A stretch of DNA of 64,000 nucleotides from Candidatus Brocadiia bacterium (GTDB lineage Bacteria; Planctomycetota; PUPC01; DSUN01): positions 4,143 through 68,142 of the forward strand of contig JBKHIY010000003.1 in NCBI GenBank assembly GCA_046538415.1, written 5' to 3'. Made by a program: the position numbers and the translations under genes. Below, piece by piece: positions 9,030 to 17,544 of this stretch (its first letter is position 1; each line of letters begins with the position of its first letter). The notes under the pieces were generated by a model. That model made no database searches, was not told the DNA's origin, and saw only the letters and a list, made by a program, of their open reading frames with translations.

Positions 9030-10160
9030 TCACTTCGCCAGTTGGCGGATTCGCTCGGAGACGACGCGCAGGATGACCAGGCAGTGGTCGTTCTGGCCGG
9101 TCACGTAGAGGTAGCCGTCGCGGTACACGAGGTCGTGCCCGCTGTCCCTGCCGCCGGACAGCTCCTTCGTGAACCGCTCGCTGGCCAGCTTGGCCGGCTG
9201 GTCGGGCCGGCTCACGTCGACCGCTTCGACCGACTGTCCGCCGGCCAGGAAGACGACCTGCCCGGCAACCGTCAGCCCGTTGGGTCCCCATCCGTCGTGC
9301 GGCGCGAAGGGCAGCGAGGCGACCTGTCGCGGCGAGCGGGCCCCGCGGAGGTCGACGACGACCAGCCGCCCGCCTTCTCCCACGGTACTGGCCCCCACGA
9401 ACGCGTGGTGTCCAGACACCTGCACGCGATTCGCCCCCGCCAGCTCCTCGGTGGCGACCACGCCGGCGAGCTTCCACCGCGGGGACGGAAGAAGCCGCGG
9501 GGCACCCTTCTCGAAGACCCGAAACAAGGCGAGCTTGCCCGGTGTCCTGTCGCGGCCGAAGCGCTGCGGATCAGGCACCACGGCGTAGCCTGCGAACAGG
9601 TCCACGTCGTGCGGCCACGCGATGGCGTGCTCGGCGCGGACGTTCAGGACCCCGGCGAGGGAGGGCGCCGCGGGCTCGCGGATGTCGAACGCCACCAGGA
9701 AGCCGCCCTTGCTGGCCGCGAGGATCGTGTCGCCGCGGCGCGCCAGGCCGTTGATGCGAGAGAGCTGAGGGGGCCGTGAGAGCCGTTTCCCGAACACCGG
9801 ATGCTGCGCATCGCGCACGTCGACGGCGATGAAATCGTCGGTCCCCACGAACAGCCAGTCTCCGGCGGGCAGCACGGTCTCGGCATCGTGCAGCAGCTCC
9901 TCGTCGTGACGGTGCCATAGGAGCCGGGGATTTTGCGGCCGGGAGACGTCGACGATGGCGAGCGAGCCGCCCTTGCCCGGCACGAAAGCTCGCCCGCCCT
10001 GCAATTCGATATCGTGGGGGCGGTCGAAAGCCCTCTCGTGCACCAGCACGGAAACGACCGAGAAAGGCATCTGCTCGGCCATGGCGCGGCCGGACCCGCA
10101 TTGGGGGAGGCTCGCGATGGCGGGGATCAGCAACAGGAACGTACGTCGCGGGATCCCCAT
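9030..10160 (-). CDS. LVIVD-repeat beta-propeller protein with Tat-like signal
   Basis: Repeats LAIVDVSRPQNP, FIAVDVRDAQHP, LVAFDIREPAAP, LVVVDLRGARSP, VEAVDVSRPDQP. RRTFL near the N-terminus. RBS AGGAGG before ATG 10160. Confidence 0.8.
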   Translation of the reverse strand: MGIPRRTFLLLIPAIASLPQCGSGRAMAEQMPFSVVSVLVHERAFDRPHDIELQGGRAFVPGKGGSLAIVDVSRPQNPRLLWHRHDEELLHDAETVLPAGDWLFVGTDDFIAVDVRDAQHPVFGKRLSRPPQLSRINGLARRGDTILAASKGGFLVAFDIREPAAPSLAGVLNVRAEHAIAWPHDVDLFAGYAVVPDPQRFGRDRTPGKLALFRVFEKGAPRLLPSPRWKLAGVVATEELAGANRVQVSGHHAFVGASTVGEGGRLVVVDLRGARSPRQVASLPFAPHDGWGPNGLTVAGQVVFLAGGQSVEAVDVSRPDQPAKLASERFTKELSGGRDSGHDLVYRDGYLYVTGQNDHCLVILRVVSERIRQLAK

Positions 10161-10334
10161 GGCCTCCTGGCCTACGGTAGGGCAGTCGAGCACACTGTGG
10201 TCATCGCCGGGAAGAAACAGCCGCCCCGAGGGCAGCGGCGGGCCTGCTCGCAGACGGGCCTCGAAGCGCCTTGGAGGCCCGAGCAAGCCACGAACTGCGA
10301 GGGCCTGGAGCCATCTCGTGGCCCAAGCCCCCTG

Positions 10335-10412
10335 TGGTGACCCCGACGGGATTTGAACCCGTGTTTCAGGCTTGAAAGGCCTGTGTCCTAGGCCTGGCTG
10401 GACGACGGGGTC
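10335..10412 (-). tRNA. tRNA-Glu (anticodon TTC)
   Basis: Reverse complement GACCCCG...CAGGC-CTTTCAA-GCCTG...GGTTCAAATCC-CGTCGGGGTC-ACCA folds as a full cloverleaf with encoded CCA. Confidence 0.96.
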
Positions 10413-10416
10413 GGCG

Positions 10417-10489
10417 TGAGGGCGGGAGGATTCGAACCTCCGACCTACGGCTTAAAAAACCGTTGCTCTGCCGACTGAGCTACGCCCCC
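10417..10489 (-). tRNA. tRNA-Lys (anticodon TTT), CCA not encoded
   Basis: Reverse complement GGGGGCGTAGCTCAGTCGGCAGAGCA-ACGGT-TTTTTAA-GCCGT-AGGTCGGAGGTTCGAATCCTCC-CGCCCTC-A. Confidence 0.94.
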
Positions 10490-10508
10490 GTCTGCTTCCG
10501 CTGCCGGC

Positions 10509-10537
10509 AGTATAGCAGGTTCTGTGGGGCATGTGAA
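10509..10537 (-). promoter_or_regulatory. Sigma70-type promoter for tRNA-Lys/tRNA-Glu
   Basis: Minus strand TTCACA, 17 nt spacer ending TG-C, then TATACT, about 20 nt upstream of tRNA-Lys. Confidence 0.6.
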
Positions 10538-10568
10538 GCGCCTGGGTGGCAGCGGCGGGGCGGGGGAC

Positions 10569-11129
10569 TCACACTTCCATGATTTCCTGGGTCTTGCTCT
10601 CTACCGCCTGGTCGATGGTCTTCTCGTGCTCGTTGGTCATTTCCTGGATGTCGTCCTTGAGCCGGAAGGCGTCGTCTTCGGGCATGGTGCCGTCGCTTTT
10701 CTCCTGGTCGGCCTGCTTGTTGGCGTCGCGGCGGATGTTGCGGATGGCGATCTTGGCCTCTTCGGCGATGCTGTGGAGCTGGCTGACGAGCTTCTTGCGT
10801 CGCTCCTCGCTCAGTGCGGGGACGGTGACTCGGATGAGCTTGCCGTCGACGCTGGGGGTGAGGCCGAGCTGGCTGGTGAGGATGGCCTTGTTGACGGCGT
10901 CGACGGAGCTGGGGTCGTAGGGCTTGATGACGATGAGCTGGGGGTCGGGCACGCCGATGCTGGCGAGCTGCTTGAGGGGGGTCTGGGTGCCGTAGTATTC
11001 CACGCGCACGTTTTCCACGAGGCCGGGGGTGGCGCGGGAGCTTCGCACCGTGCGAAACTGCTCCTTGAGGTGCTGGACCGCCTTGTCCATCCGCTCGCTG
11101 GCGTCGAGGTAGATGTCGTCGTAGGGCAT
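10569..11129 (-). CDS. frr: Ribosome recycling factor
   Basis: VR..RATPGLVE.VRVEYYG..TPLKQLA, P.LSEERRK.LV, AIRNIRRDAN. Canonical position after pyrH. Confidence 0.97.
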   Translation of the reverse strand: MPYDDIYLDASERMDKAVQHLKEQFRTVRSSRATPGLVENVRVEYYGTQTPLKQLASIGVPDPQLIVIKPYDPSSVDAVNKAILTSQLGLTPSVDGKLIRVTVPALSEERRKKLVSQLHSIAEEAKIAIRNIRRDANKQADQEKSDGTMPEDDAFRLKDDIQEMTNEHEKTIDQAVESKTQEIMEV

Positions 11130-11144
11130 GGGGGGCCTCCGGGA

Positions 11145-11879
11145 TTAGTCGGCGTCGTTGGGCCGTGCGGAGACGAGGGTGCCGATGGGCTCGCCGCGGA
11201 TCACGCGCTCCACGTTGCCCGGCTGCATGAGGTTGAAGACCAGGATGGGCAGGTCGTTTTCGCGGCACAGGGCGATGGCCGTGGCGTCCATCACCCGCAG
11301 GTCGCGCTCCAGGCACTCCATGTAGTCGAGGTGCTCGTAGCGCCGGGCGTGGGGGTCGGTGAGGGGGTCGGCGGAGTAGACGCCGTCGACCTTGGTGCCC
11401 TTGAGCAGGATCTCGGCTCCGATCTCCGTGGCCCGCAGGGCGGCCGTGGTGTCGGTGGAGAAGTAGGGGTTGCCCGTGCCCGCGGCGAGGATCACCACGC
11501 GCCCCTTCTCCAGGTGGCGGATGGCCCGGCGGCGGATGTAGGGCTCGGCCACGTTGGCCATGGGGATGGCGGTCTGCACGCGGGTGACGACCTCGAGGGA
11601 CTCGAGGGCATCCATCAGGGCGAGGGCGTTGATCACCGTGGCCAGCATGCCCATGTAGTCGCCGGTGGTGCGGCTGATGCCCTCCCTGGCGACCATCTCG
11701 CCGCGGATGAAGTTCCCGCCGCCCACCACGATGGCCAAGTCGACGCCCATGCGGTTGACGTCGCGGCTCTGTTCGGCGATGGACATCAATTGCCGGTGGT
11801 CGATGCCCGTGTCGCCCTCGTTACAGAAGCCCTGGCCGCTGATCTTGAGGAGGACTCGCTTGTAGCGGGGGCCGGCCAC
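11145..11879 (-). CDS. pyrH: Uridylate kinase
   Basis: YKRVLLKISG, VVGGGNFIRG, DYMGMLATVINAL, GTGNPYFSTDT, TKVDGVY. Confidence 0.97.
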   Translation of the reverse strand: MAGPRYKRVLLKISGQGFCNEGDTGIDHRQLMSIAEQSRDVNRMGVDLAIVVGGGNFIRGEMVAREGISRTTGDYMGMLATVINALALMDALESLEVVTRVQTAIPMANVAEPYIRRRAIRHLEKGRVVILAAGTGNPYFSTDTTAALRATEIGAEILLKGTKVDGVYSADPLTDPHARRYEHLDYMECLERDLRVMDATAIALCRENDLPILVFNLMQPGNVERVIRGEPIGTLVSARPNDAD

Positions 11880-11885
11880 AGGCAG

Positions 11886-12473
11886 CTACTCCCCGATCTC
11901 CATGCGCACGAAGCGGCCCACGGTGATGTTCTCGCCCAGCTTGGCCACCATGGACTTCACCAGGTCGCCCACGGAGGTCTTGGGCTCCTTGACGAAGGGC
12001 TGCTCGAGCAGGCAGGCCTCTTTGTAGAAGGCGCCCAGCTTGCCCTCCACGATCTTGTCGATGGCCTGGGGTGGCTTGTCCTTGAACTGCTCGCGGTAGA
12101 TCTCGCGCTCTTTCTCCATGACCTCCTGGGGCACGTCCTCGGGCGCGGTGTAGATGGGCTTGGAGGCGGCGACCTGCATGCACAGGTCGCGGGCGAGCTG
12201 TCGGAACTCGTCGTTTCGGGCCACGAAGTCGGTCTCGCAGTTCAGCTCCACGAGCACGCCGATCTTGTGGTTGGAGTGGATGTAGGAGGAGATGATGCCT
12301 TCCTTGGTCTCGCGGCCGGCCTTTTTCTCGGCGGTGGCCAGGCCCTGCTTGCGGAGGTATTCGACGGCCTTCTCGATGTCGCCCTCGGTCTGCTCGAGGG
12401 CCTGCTTGCATTTCATCATGCCCAGGCCGGTCATCTCGCGGAGCTGCTTGACAAGCTGTGCGCCGATGGCCAT
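11886..12473 (-). CDS. tsf: Elongation factor Ts (short form, 195 aa)
   Basis: VKQLREMTG.GMM.CKQAL, ELNCETDFVARN, LLEQPFVK. Lies between rpsB and pyrH. Confidence 0.97.
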   Translation of the reverse strand: MAIGAQLVKQLREMTGLGMMKCKQALEQTEGDIEKAVEYLRKQGLATAEKKAGRETKEGIISSYIHSNHKIGVLVELNCETDFVARNDEFRQLARDLCMQVAASKPIYTAPEDVPQEVMEKEREIYREQFKDKPPQAIDKIVEGKLGAFYKEACLLEQPFVKEPKTSVGDLVKSMVAKLGENITVGRFVRMEIGE

Positions 12474-12532
12474 GGAGTCGTTCCCTCATTGTGGGCGTTC
12501 GGGTCGCGGATTCGCTGCGGGCCTGGCGGGGG

Positions 12533-13336
12533 CTACTCGCTGGCGTCGCCGGGCTCGGCCTCCTCGGTGGCCGCGGCGGCGGCGGGCTGCTGGGCGGCTT
12601 CGTCGGCCTCGGGGGGGGCCTGGGGCTGTTCCTCGTCGTCGGCGGCGGCCTGGCCCGCTTGGGCCCCCTGCTCGGCGGCTTCCGCGAGGGGCACGAGGAC
12701 CGCCTCGATGGAGCGAATGGAGTCGTCGTTGCAGGGCACGCAGATATCGATGTCCTGGGGGTCGCAGTCGGTGTCCATGAGTGCGACGATGGGGATGTGG
12801 AGCTTGACCGCTTCGCGGACGGCGATGCGGTCGCGGCGGGGGTCGACCACCACCATGGCGGCGGGGGGGCTGTCGAGGGAGCGCACGCCCTCCAGGTTGC
12901 GGAGGATCTTGCGCTTCTCCCGCTGGAGCATGGAGATCATCTTCTTGCTGAACTGATTGATCTCGCCCGTCTCTTCCAGCTGCTCCAGCTCTTCGAGGCG
13001 CTTGAGGCTGTGGCGCACCGTCTGGAAATTGGTGAGCATGCCGCCCAGCCAGCGGTCGGCCACGTAGGGGAAGCCGCGGGGGGCGACGTGCTCGCGGATG
13101 ATGGCCGCGGCCTGTCTCTTGGTGCCCACGAAGAGGATCGCCTCCCCTTCCGCCGCCAGGCGGCCGAGGAAGCGCTGGGCCTTGATGATGCCCCGCAACG
13201 TCTGCCGCAAGTCAATGATATGAATGCGGTTACGCTTGCCGAAGATGTAGGGGGACATCCGGGGGTTCCATCGGCTCGTCCGGTGGCCGTAGTGCACCCC
13301 GGCTTGCAGGAGTTCCTTCACCGAAATGGTGGCCAA
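12533..13336 (-). CDS. rpsB: 30S ribosomal protein S2
   Basis: LLQAGVHYGH..RWNPRM, FVGTKRQA, RWLGGMLTNF, NDDSIRSI. TTG start with RBS GGAGG. Acidic tail. Confidence 0.97.
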   Translation of the reverse strand: MATISVKELLQAGVHYGHRTSRWNPRMSPYIFGKRNRIHIIDLRQTLRGIIKAQRFLGRLAAEGEAILFVGTKRQAAAIIREHVAPRGFPYVADRWLGGMLTNFQTVRHSLKRLEELEQLEETGEINQFSKKMISMLQREKRKILRNLEGVRSLDSPPAAMVVVDPRRDRIAVREAVKLHIPIVALMDTDCDPQDIDICVPCNDDSIRSIEAVLVPLAEAAEQGAQAGQAAADDEEQPQAPPEADEAAQQPAAAAATEEAEPGDASE

Positions 13337-13406
13337 TCCTCGCCTCCACGAAACGCGTCAAGGGGGTCGCAGCGCCACGGTTCGCGCGCGATGCTCAGAA
13401 TATGGC

Positions 13407-13434
13407 ATTATACCCCAGCCACCACCCCGGTCAA
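13407..13434 (-). promoter_or_regulatory. Sigma70-type promoter of the rpsB operon
   Basis: Minus strand TTGACC, 16 nt spacer, TATAAT, preceded by an A-rich UP-like tract. Confidence 0.7.
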
Positions 13435-13568
13435 GGTTTTTTTGCCGCTCCCGGAGGCCGGCGCCCGCGGTGGCCCCTCGCCTCACTTGACGCCGCCGCC
13501 CGCCGGCGGCAACATGCTGGCCATGGCGCCGCATCCCTCGACCGCGCAGAAGCGAAAGGAGACCGGGC

Positions 13569-14384
13569 ATGAAGGTGGGGCTCAGCGCACTGGTGACGCC
13601 CAGGGAGTGGAGCTTCGGGCAGCTCGTCGCCGAGGCCAAGGCCGCGGGCTACGAGACCCTCGAGGTCGTGCCCCGTGAGAGCGGCGAACTGACCCTCGAT
13701 ACCCCCGAGGCCAAGCTCCAGGAGCTGGCCCGGCTCGCCGCCGACCAGGGCCTGGCCATCTGCTCCCTGTGCGGCAGCGGCGGCAAGCCGGCGGACCTGA
13801 TGACCAGCGACGAGGCGGCGCGCCAGGAAGGGCTCGAGACCGCCAGGGCCATGCTCCGCACGGCCAAAGCCCTGGGGGCCGACGCCGTGCTCCATACCCT
13901 GGGCGGGCGCCCCTCCCCCCAGCTCTACTACCACGTGGCCTATGCCAACGCCCTGCGCTCGCTCCAGGAGCTGGCCCCGTGCGCCGAGGAGCTGGGCGTG
14001 AGCCTGGCGGTGGAGTACGTGTGGAACGGCTTTCTGACCAGCCCGCTGGAGATGGCCCAGTTCCTCGACCAGGTGGCCAGTCCCCGGGTCGGCTTCTACT
14101 TCGATCCTGGGAACATGCGCATCTTCCACCACTCCGAGCACTGGGCTCGCATCTGCGGGCGCCACATCAAGAAGGTCCACGCCAAGGACTTCTCGTGGGA
14201 GGGCCGCGTGGTCCAGTGGCCGCCGCTGCTGGAGGGGGAGGTGAACTTCCCGGCCGTCATGCGGGAGCTGCGGGCCGCGGGCTACGACGACGCTCTGGTC
14301 TCCGAGGTGCCCCCTTCGGTCGCCTCCCTGGAGGCCACGGCCCAGGCCATCCGCAAGCTCATCGAGATGGGGCGCAAGGCCTGA
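13569..14384 (+). CDS. Sugar phosphate isomerase/epimerase (xylose isomerase-like TIM barrel)
   Basis: LAVEYVWN.FL.SP.E, YFDPGN, VHAKDF, G.VNFPAVM..L...GYD. RBS AAGGAG. Confidence 0.87.
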   Translation: MKVGLSALVTPREWSFGQLVAEAKAAGYETLEVVPRESGELTLDTPEAKLQELARLAADQGLAICSLCGSGGKPADLMTSDEAARQEGLETARAMLRTAKALGADAVLHTLGGRPSPQLYYHVAYANALRSLQELAPCAEELGVSLAVEYVWNGFLTSPLEMAQFLDQVASPRVGFYFDPGNMRIFHHSEHWARICGRHIKKVHAKDFSWEGRVVQWPPLLEGEVNFPAVMRELRAAGYDDALVSEVPPSVASLEATAQAIRKLIEMGRKA

Positions 14385-14489
14385 GGCCGGCGGGCCGTGG
14401 GGCGGCTGTGCAGGCGAGCGGGCATCGGGTATAATGTGGAATAGAAAGGACTTAAGGCCGCCCCTCAGCACCGTCCCCACGGCGATCCC

Positions 14490-15389
14490 ATGACCTCGCT
14501 CCTCCTCCGCGTGGCGCTCGCCCTGCTCGGCGGCACGGCGATCGAGGCCGGGCAGTGGACCATCCTGTCCGAGCGGGGCGAGAGCCCCGTCGCGGCCACC
14601 GTCGCCGAGCTCCTGCCCCGCGCCCAGCGCGACGCGGAGGCCAAGCTGGGCCTCCGCCTCACCCGCCGGGGCACCGTGGTGCTGTGCGCCACGCAGGAGA
14701 GCTTTCGCCGTTCCACCCCGGGGGTCGACCACCGCCACACGCTGGGGGTGGCCTACCCGGGGCGCTGCGTGATTTACCTCAACTGCCAGCTCATCGAGAG
14801 CTCGCCGCTCGAGAGTCTGGCCATCACCCTGCGCCACGAGATGAGCCACGTGCTGGTGGGCGAGGTGCGTCGCCGCGGCCAGGTGGCCGTGCCCCGGTGG
14901 TTCGACGAGGGGGTGGCGGTATGGAGTGCGGGCAAGGTGCCTCGCTACGACCCGGGGCACTTCGAGCGGGCGGTGGCCGCGGGGGCCTTGCGGCCCCTTT
15001 CCGAGCTCTCGTCCCGTTTCCCCGCGGACCCGGTCGAGCGGGCCATCGCCTACGAGCAGAGCGAGAGCTTCGTGCGCCACGTGGTGGACCGGCACGGGGA
15101 GGAGGCCATCCGTCGCATTCTCCGTGCCGCGGCGCAGGGAATGGAGTTCGCCGCCGCGTTCGAGCACGTCGTGGGCGAGGACCTGGCGACGGCGGAGGAG
15201 GAGTGGCTGGACGAGCTGCGCCCGCGGTGGCGATGGGTGAGCTGGCTGTTCCACTCCGTCTCGCTGTTCATGCTCATGAGCCTGCTCGCCCTGGTGGCCT
15301 TCTGGGTCTACTGGCGCCGGCGGCGGCGGAAGTACCGGGAGTGGGAGCTGGAGGAGTGGGCCCGCGGCGGCTGCGACGAGGGCTGGTGA
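14490..15389 (+). CDS. Peptidase MA-like (gluzincin) membrane-anchored metallopeptidase
   Basis: HEMSH (HExxH), VPRWFDEGVA, AYEQS. Signal peptide and C-terminal TM helix followed by RRRRRK. Confidence 0.82.
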   Translation: MTSLLLRVALALLGGTAIEAGQWTILSERGESPVAATVAELLPRAQRDAEAKLGLRLTRRGTVVLCATQESFRRSTPGVDHRHTLGVAYPGRCVIYLNCQLIESSPLESLAITLRHEMSHVLVGEVRRRGQVAVPRWFDEGVAVWSAGKVPRYDPGHFERAVAAGALRPLSELSSRFPADPVERAIAYEQSESFVRHVVDRHGEEAIRRILRAAAQGMEFAAAFEHVVGEDLATAEEEWLDELRPRWRWVSWLFHSVSLFMLMSLLALVAFWVYWRRRRRKYREWELEEWARGGCDEGW

Positions 15390-15401
15390 GGCGGCTGTGG
15401 C

Positions 15402-15430
15402 TTGCGCAGGGGGTGGGGGATGAGTATAAT
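15402..15430 (+). promoter_or_regulatory. Sigma70-type promoter upstream of response regulator and tRNA-Leu
   Basis: TTGCGC, 17 nt spacer, TATAAT. Confidence 0.62.
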
Positions 15431-15481
15431 ACAGCATACTCCCGCACGCTTGGGGCACGGCCGGAATGACGGGAGGGTATC

Positions 15482-15868
15482 GTGGCCAGGATTCTGGTCG
15501 TCGACGACGACGAAGACATTCTCTTGTTCATCGAGTCCGCCCTCGAGGGCCAGGGCCATGTGGTCACGGGGGCCGTGTCGGCCTACGAGGCCCTGGAGTA
15601 TCTTCGGCAGGCGCCGGCGGACCTGATTATTCTGGACCTGCGGATGCCGGGGATGACGGGGCTGGACTTTCTGGATTGCCTTCGCAAGCGCCACGGGCGC
15701 CTGCCAATCGTGGTCTACTCGTCCTACCCGTCGTTGTCGAACGACTTCGCGGTGTGGGATTCCCACGTGGTGGGGGTGCTCACCAAGCCGGCGGCCGTGG
15801 AGGAGTTGGTCTCCACGGTGAAGCAGGCTCTGGAGACGGCGGGCAAGGCCCGCCCGGGAAGCCCCTAG
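15482..15868 (+). CDS. Single-domain response regulator (receiver only)
   Basis: ILVVDDD, DLIILDLRMPGMTG, LTKP. No output domain. Confidence 0.92.
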   Translation: MARILVVDDDEDILLFIESALEGQGHVVTGAVSAYEALEYLRQAPADLIILDLRMPGMTGLDFLDCLRKRHGRLPIVVYSSYPSLSNDFAVWDSHVVGVLTKPAAVEELVSTVKQALETAGKARPGSP

Positions 15869-15875
15869 CCCCGGC

Positions 15876-15960
15876 GCGAGAGTGGCGGAATTGGCAGACG
15901 CGCAGGACTTAGGATCCTGTGCCTTCGGGCGTGGGGGTTCGAGTCCCCCCTCTCGCACCA
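15876..15960 (+). tRNA. tRNA-Leu (anticodon TAG)
   Basis: GCGAGAGTGGCGGAATTGGCAGACGCG-CAGGA-CTTAGGA-TCCTG, long variable arm, GGGGGTTCGAGTCCCCC-CTCTCGC-ACCA. Confidence 0.97.
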
Positions 15961-16244
15961 GCGCCCCCGTGGGGTGCGACTTTTCCCACGTCGCCGTGTG
16001 AGCCCTTCCGCGCGGGCGAGGCCCCAGAGGGCGGCTCGACCGCGCATTGCTGCGGCCCGAGGGGCCGCGACCGACCAGCCCAGGACCCGCTTCAGGCGGG
16101 AGGCGGCTGGGGGTGGACCTCGGTCCCCGTCTTCGACCCTCTGCCAGGCCATCTGACGGGGAACGGCGACGAGGCCATTGCACGGCGAGGCCCGGGCGCC
16201 GTGCGCCCGGGCCCGCAGAGGAAACCACAGCCACGGAGACCCCG

Positions 16245-17489
16245 ATGGACATCCGGCAGACGGCCTCGAGCGCCCGACAGTGCGCCGCTCGCCTGGCCAC
16301 CGCACCGACCGAGAGCAAGAACGCGGCCCTCCACGCCATGGCCGACCTGCTGGCCGAGCGGCGGGCCGAGGTGCTGGCGGCCAACGAGGAGGACATGGCG
16401 GCCGCGGCGGACGAGGGGCTCGGGGAGCATCTGGTCAGCCGCTTGCGCTTCGGCGAGGCCAAGATCGAGTCGCGCATCCGGTGCCTGGGCAAGATCGCGG
16501 CGCTGCCCGACCCCGTGGGCCAGACCTACGCCACCGACCGCCGTCCCAACGGGCTCGAAGTGGCCAGGATGCGCGTGCCCCTGGGGGTGATCCTCATGAT
16601 CTACGAGGCCCGGCCCCACGTGACCGTCAACGGCGGCGCCTTCTGCCTCAAGGCGGGCAACGCCGCCATCCTGCGGGGCGGCTCGGAGGCCCGCCGGTGC
16701 AACGAGCTGCTCGGGCGGCTCTGGCAGGAGGCCCTTGCCCAGGCCGGCCTCCCGTCCCAGGCGGTCCAGGTGGTCAGCGGCTCCCACGAGGAGATCGGCC
16801 AGATGCTCTCGCTGGACGAGCATATCGACCTGGTGATCCCCCGGGGCGGCAAGAAGCTCATCCGGGCGGTGTGCGAGCAGTCGCGCATCCCCGTCATCAA
16901 GCACTACGCCGGCGTGTGCCACGTCTACCTCGACGAGGGCTCGGACCTGGAGCGCGGCCTCGCCGTCGCCCTGGACTCCAAGACCCTCATGCCCGAGGTC
17001 TGCAACGCCATGGAAACCCTCCTCGTCGCCAGGGCCCTGGAGGGGCACCTGCCGCGCATCGTCGAGGCCTTCCGCGATGCGGGGGTCGAGGTGCGCGGCG
17101 ACGAGCGGGTGCGCGCCGCGGTGGGCGACGTGAGCCCCGCCAGCGACGAGAACTGGACGAACGAGTACCTGGACATGGTGGTCTCCGTGGGCGTGGTGGA
17201 CGACGTGGGCGGGGCCATCGCCCACATCAACGCCAAGGGCTCGCACCACACCGACGCCATCGTCACGGACAGCGAGTCGCGGGCCCGCCGCTTCGTGCGC
17301 GAGGTGGACTCGGGGGTGGTACTGGTGAATGCCTCCACCATGTTCTGCGACGGCGAGTCGCTGGGCATGGGAGCCGAGATCGGGATTTCCACGGACAAGC
17401 TGCACGCCCGCGGCCCCATGGGCCTGTGCGAGCTGACCACCTACAAGTTCGTCATCCGCGGCGAAGGCCACGTGATGGGCTCGAGCTAG
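16245..17489 (+). CDS. proA: Gamma-glutamyl phosphate reductase
   Basis: RVPLGVILMIYEARP.VT, GNAAILRGGSEA, IPRGG, catalytic CNAMETLLV, GAEIGISTDKLHARGPMG. RBS GGAG before ATG 16245. Confidence 0.94.
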   Translation: MDIRQTASSARQCAARLATAPTESKNAALHAMADLLAERRAEVLAANEEDMAAAADEGLGEHLVSRLRFGEAKIESRIRCLGKIAALPDPVGQTYATDRRPNGLEVARMRVPLGVILMIYEARPHVTVNGGAFCLKAGNAAILRGGSEARRCNELLGRLWQEALAQAGLPSQAVQVVSGSHEEIGQMLSLDEHIDLVIPRGGKKLIRAVCEQSRIPVIKHYAGVCHVYLDEGSDLERGLAVALDSKTLMPEVCNAMETLLVARALEGHLPRIVEAFRDAGVEVRGDERVRAAVGDVSPASDENWTNEYLDMVVSVGVVDDVGGAIAHINAKGSHHTDAIVTDSESRARRFVREVDSGVVLVNASTMFCDGESLGMGAEIGISTDKLHARGPMGLCELTTYKFVIRGEGHVMGSS

Positions 17490-17544
17490 GCACGCCGCGC
17501 CGGCGGACCACGCGGGGCCTCCCGGCCCCTGGGAAAGGAGCTGT

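Noticed and set aside
15961-16244. c-di-AMP (ydaO) riboswitch upstream of the osmolyte genes
   Set aside because: The conserved GCTGAATCC, GGGGGAACC and CCCGTCAGCTAAC elements are not present. Kept only as an unassigned structured leader.
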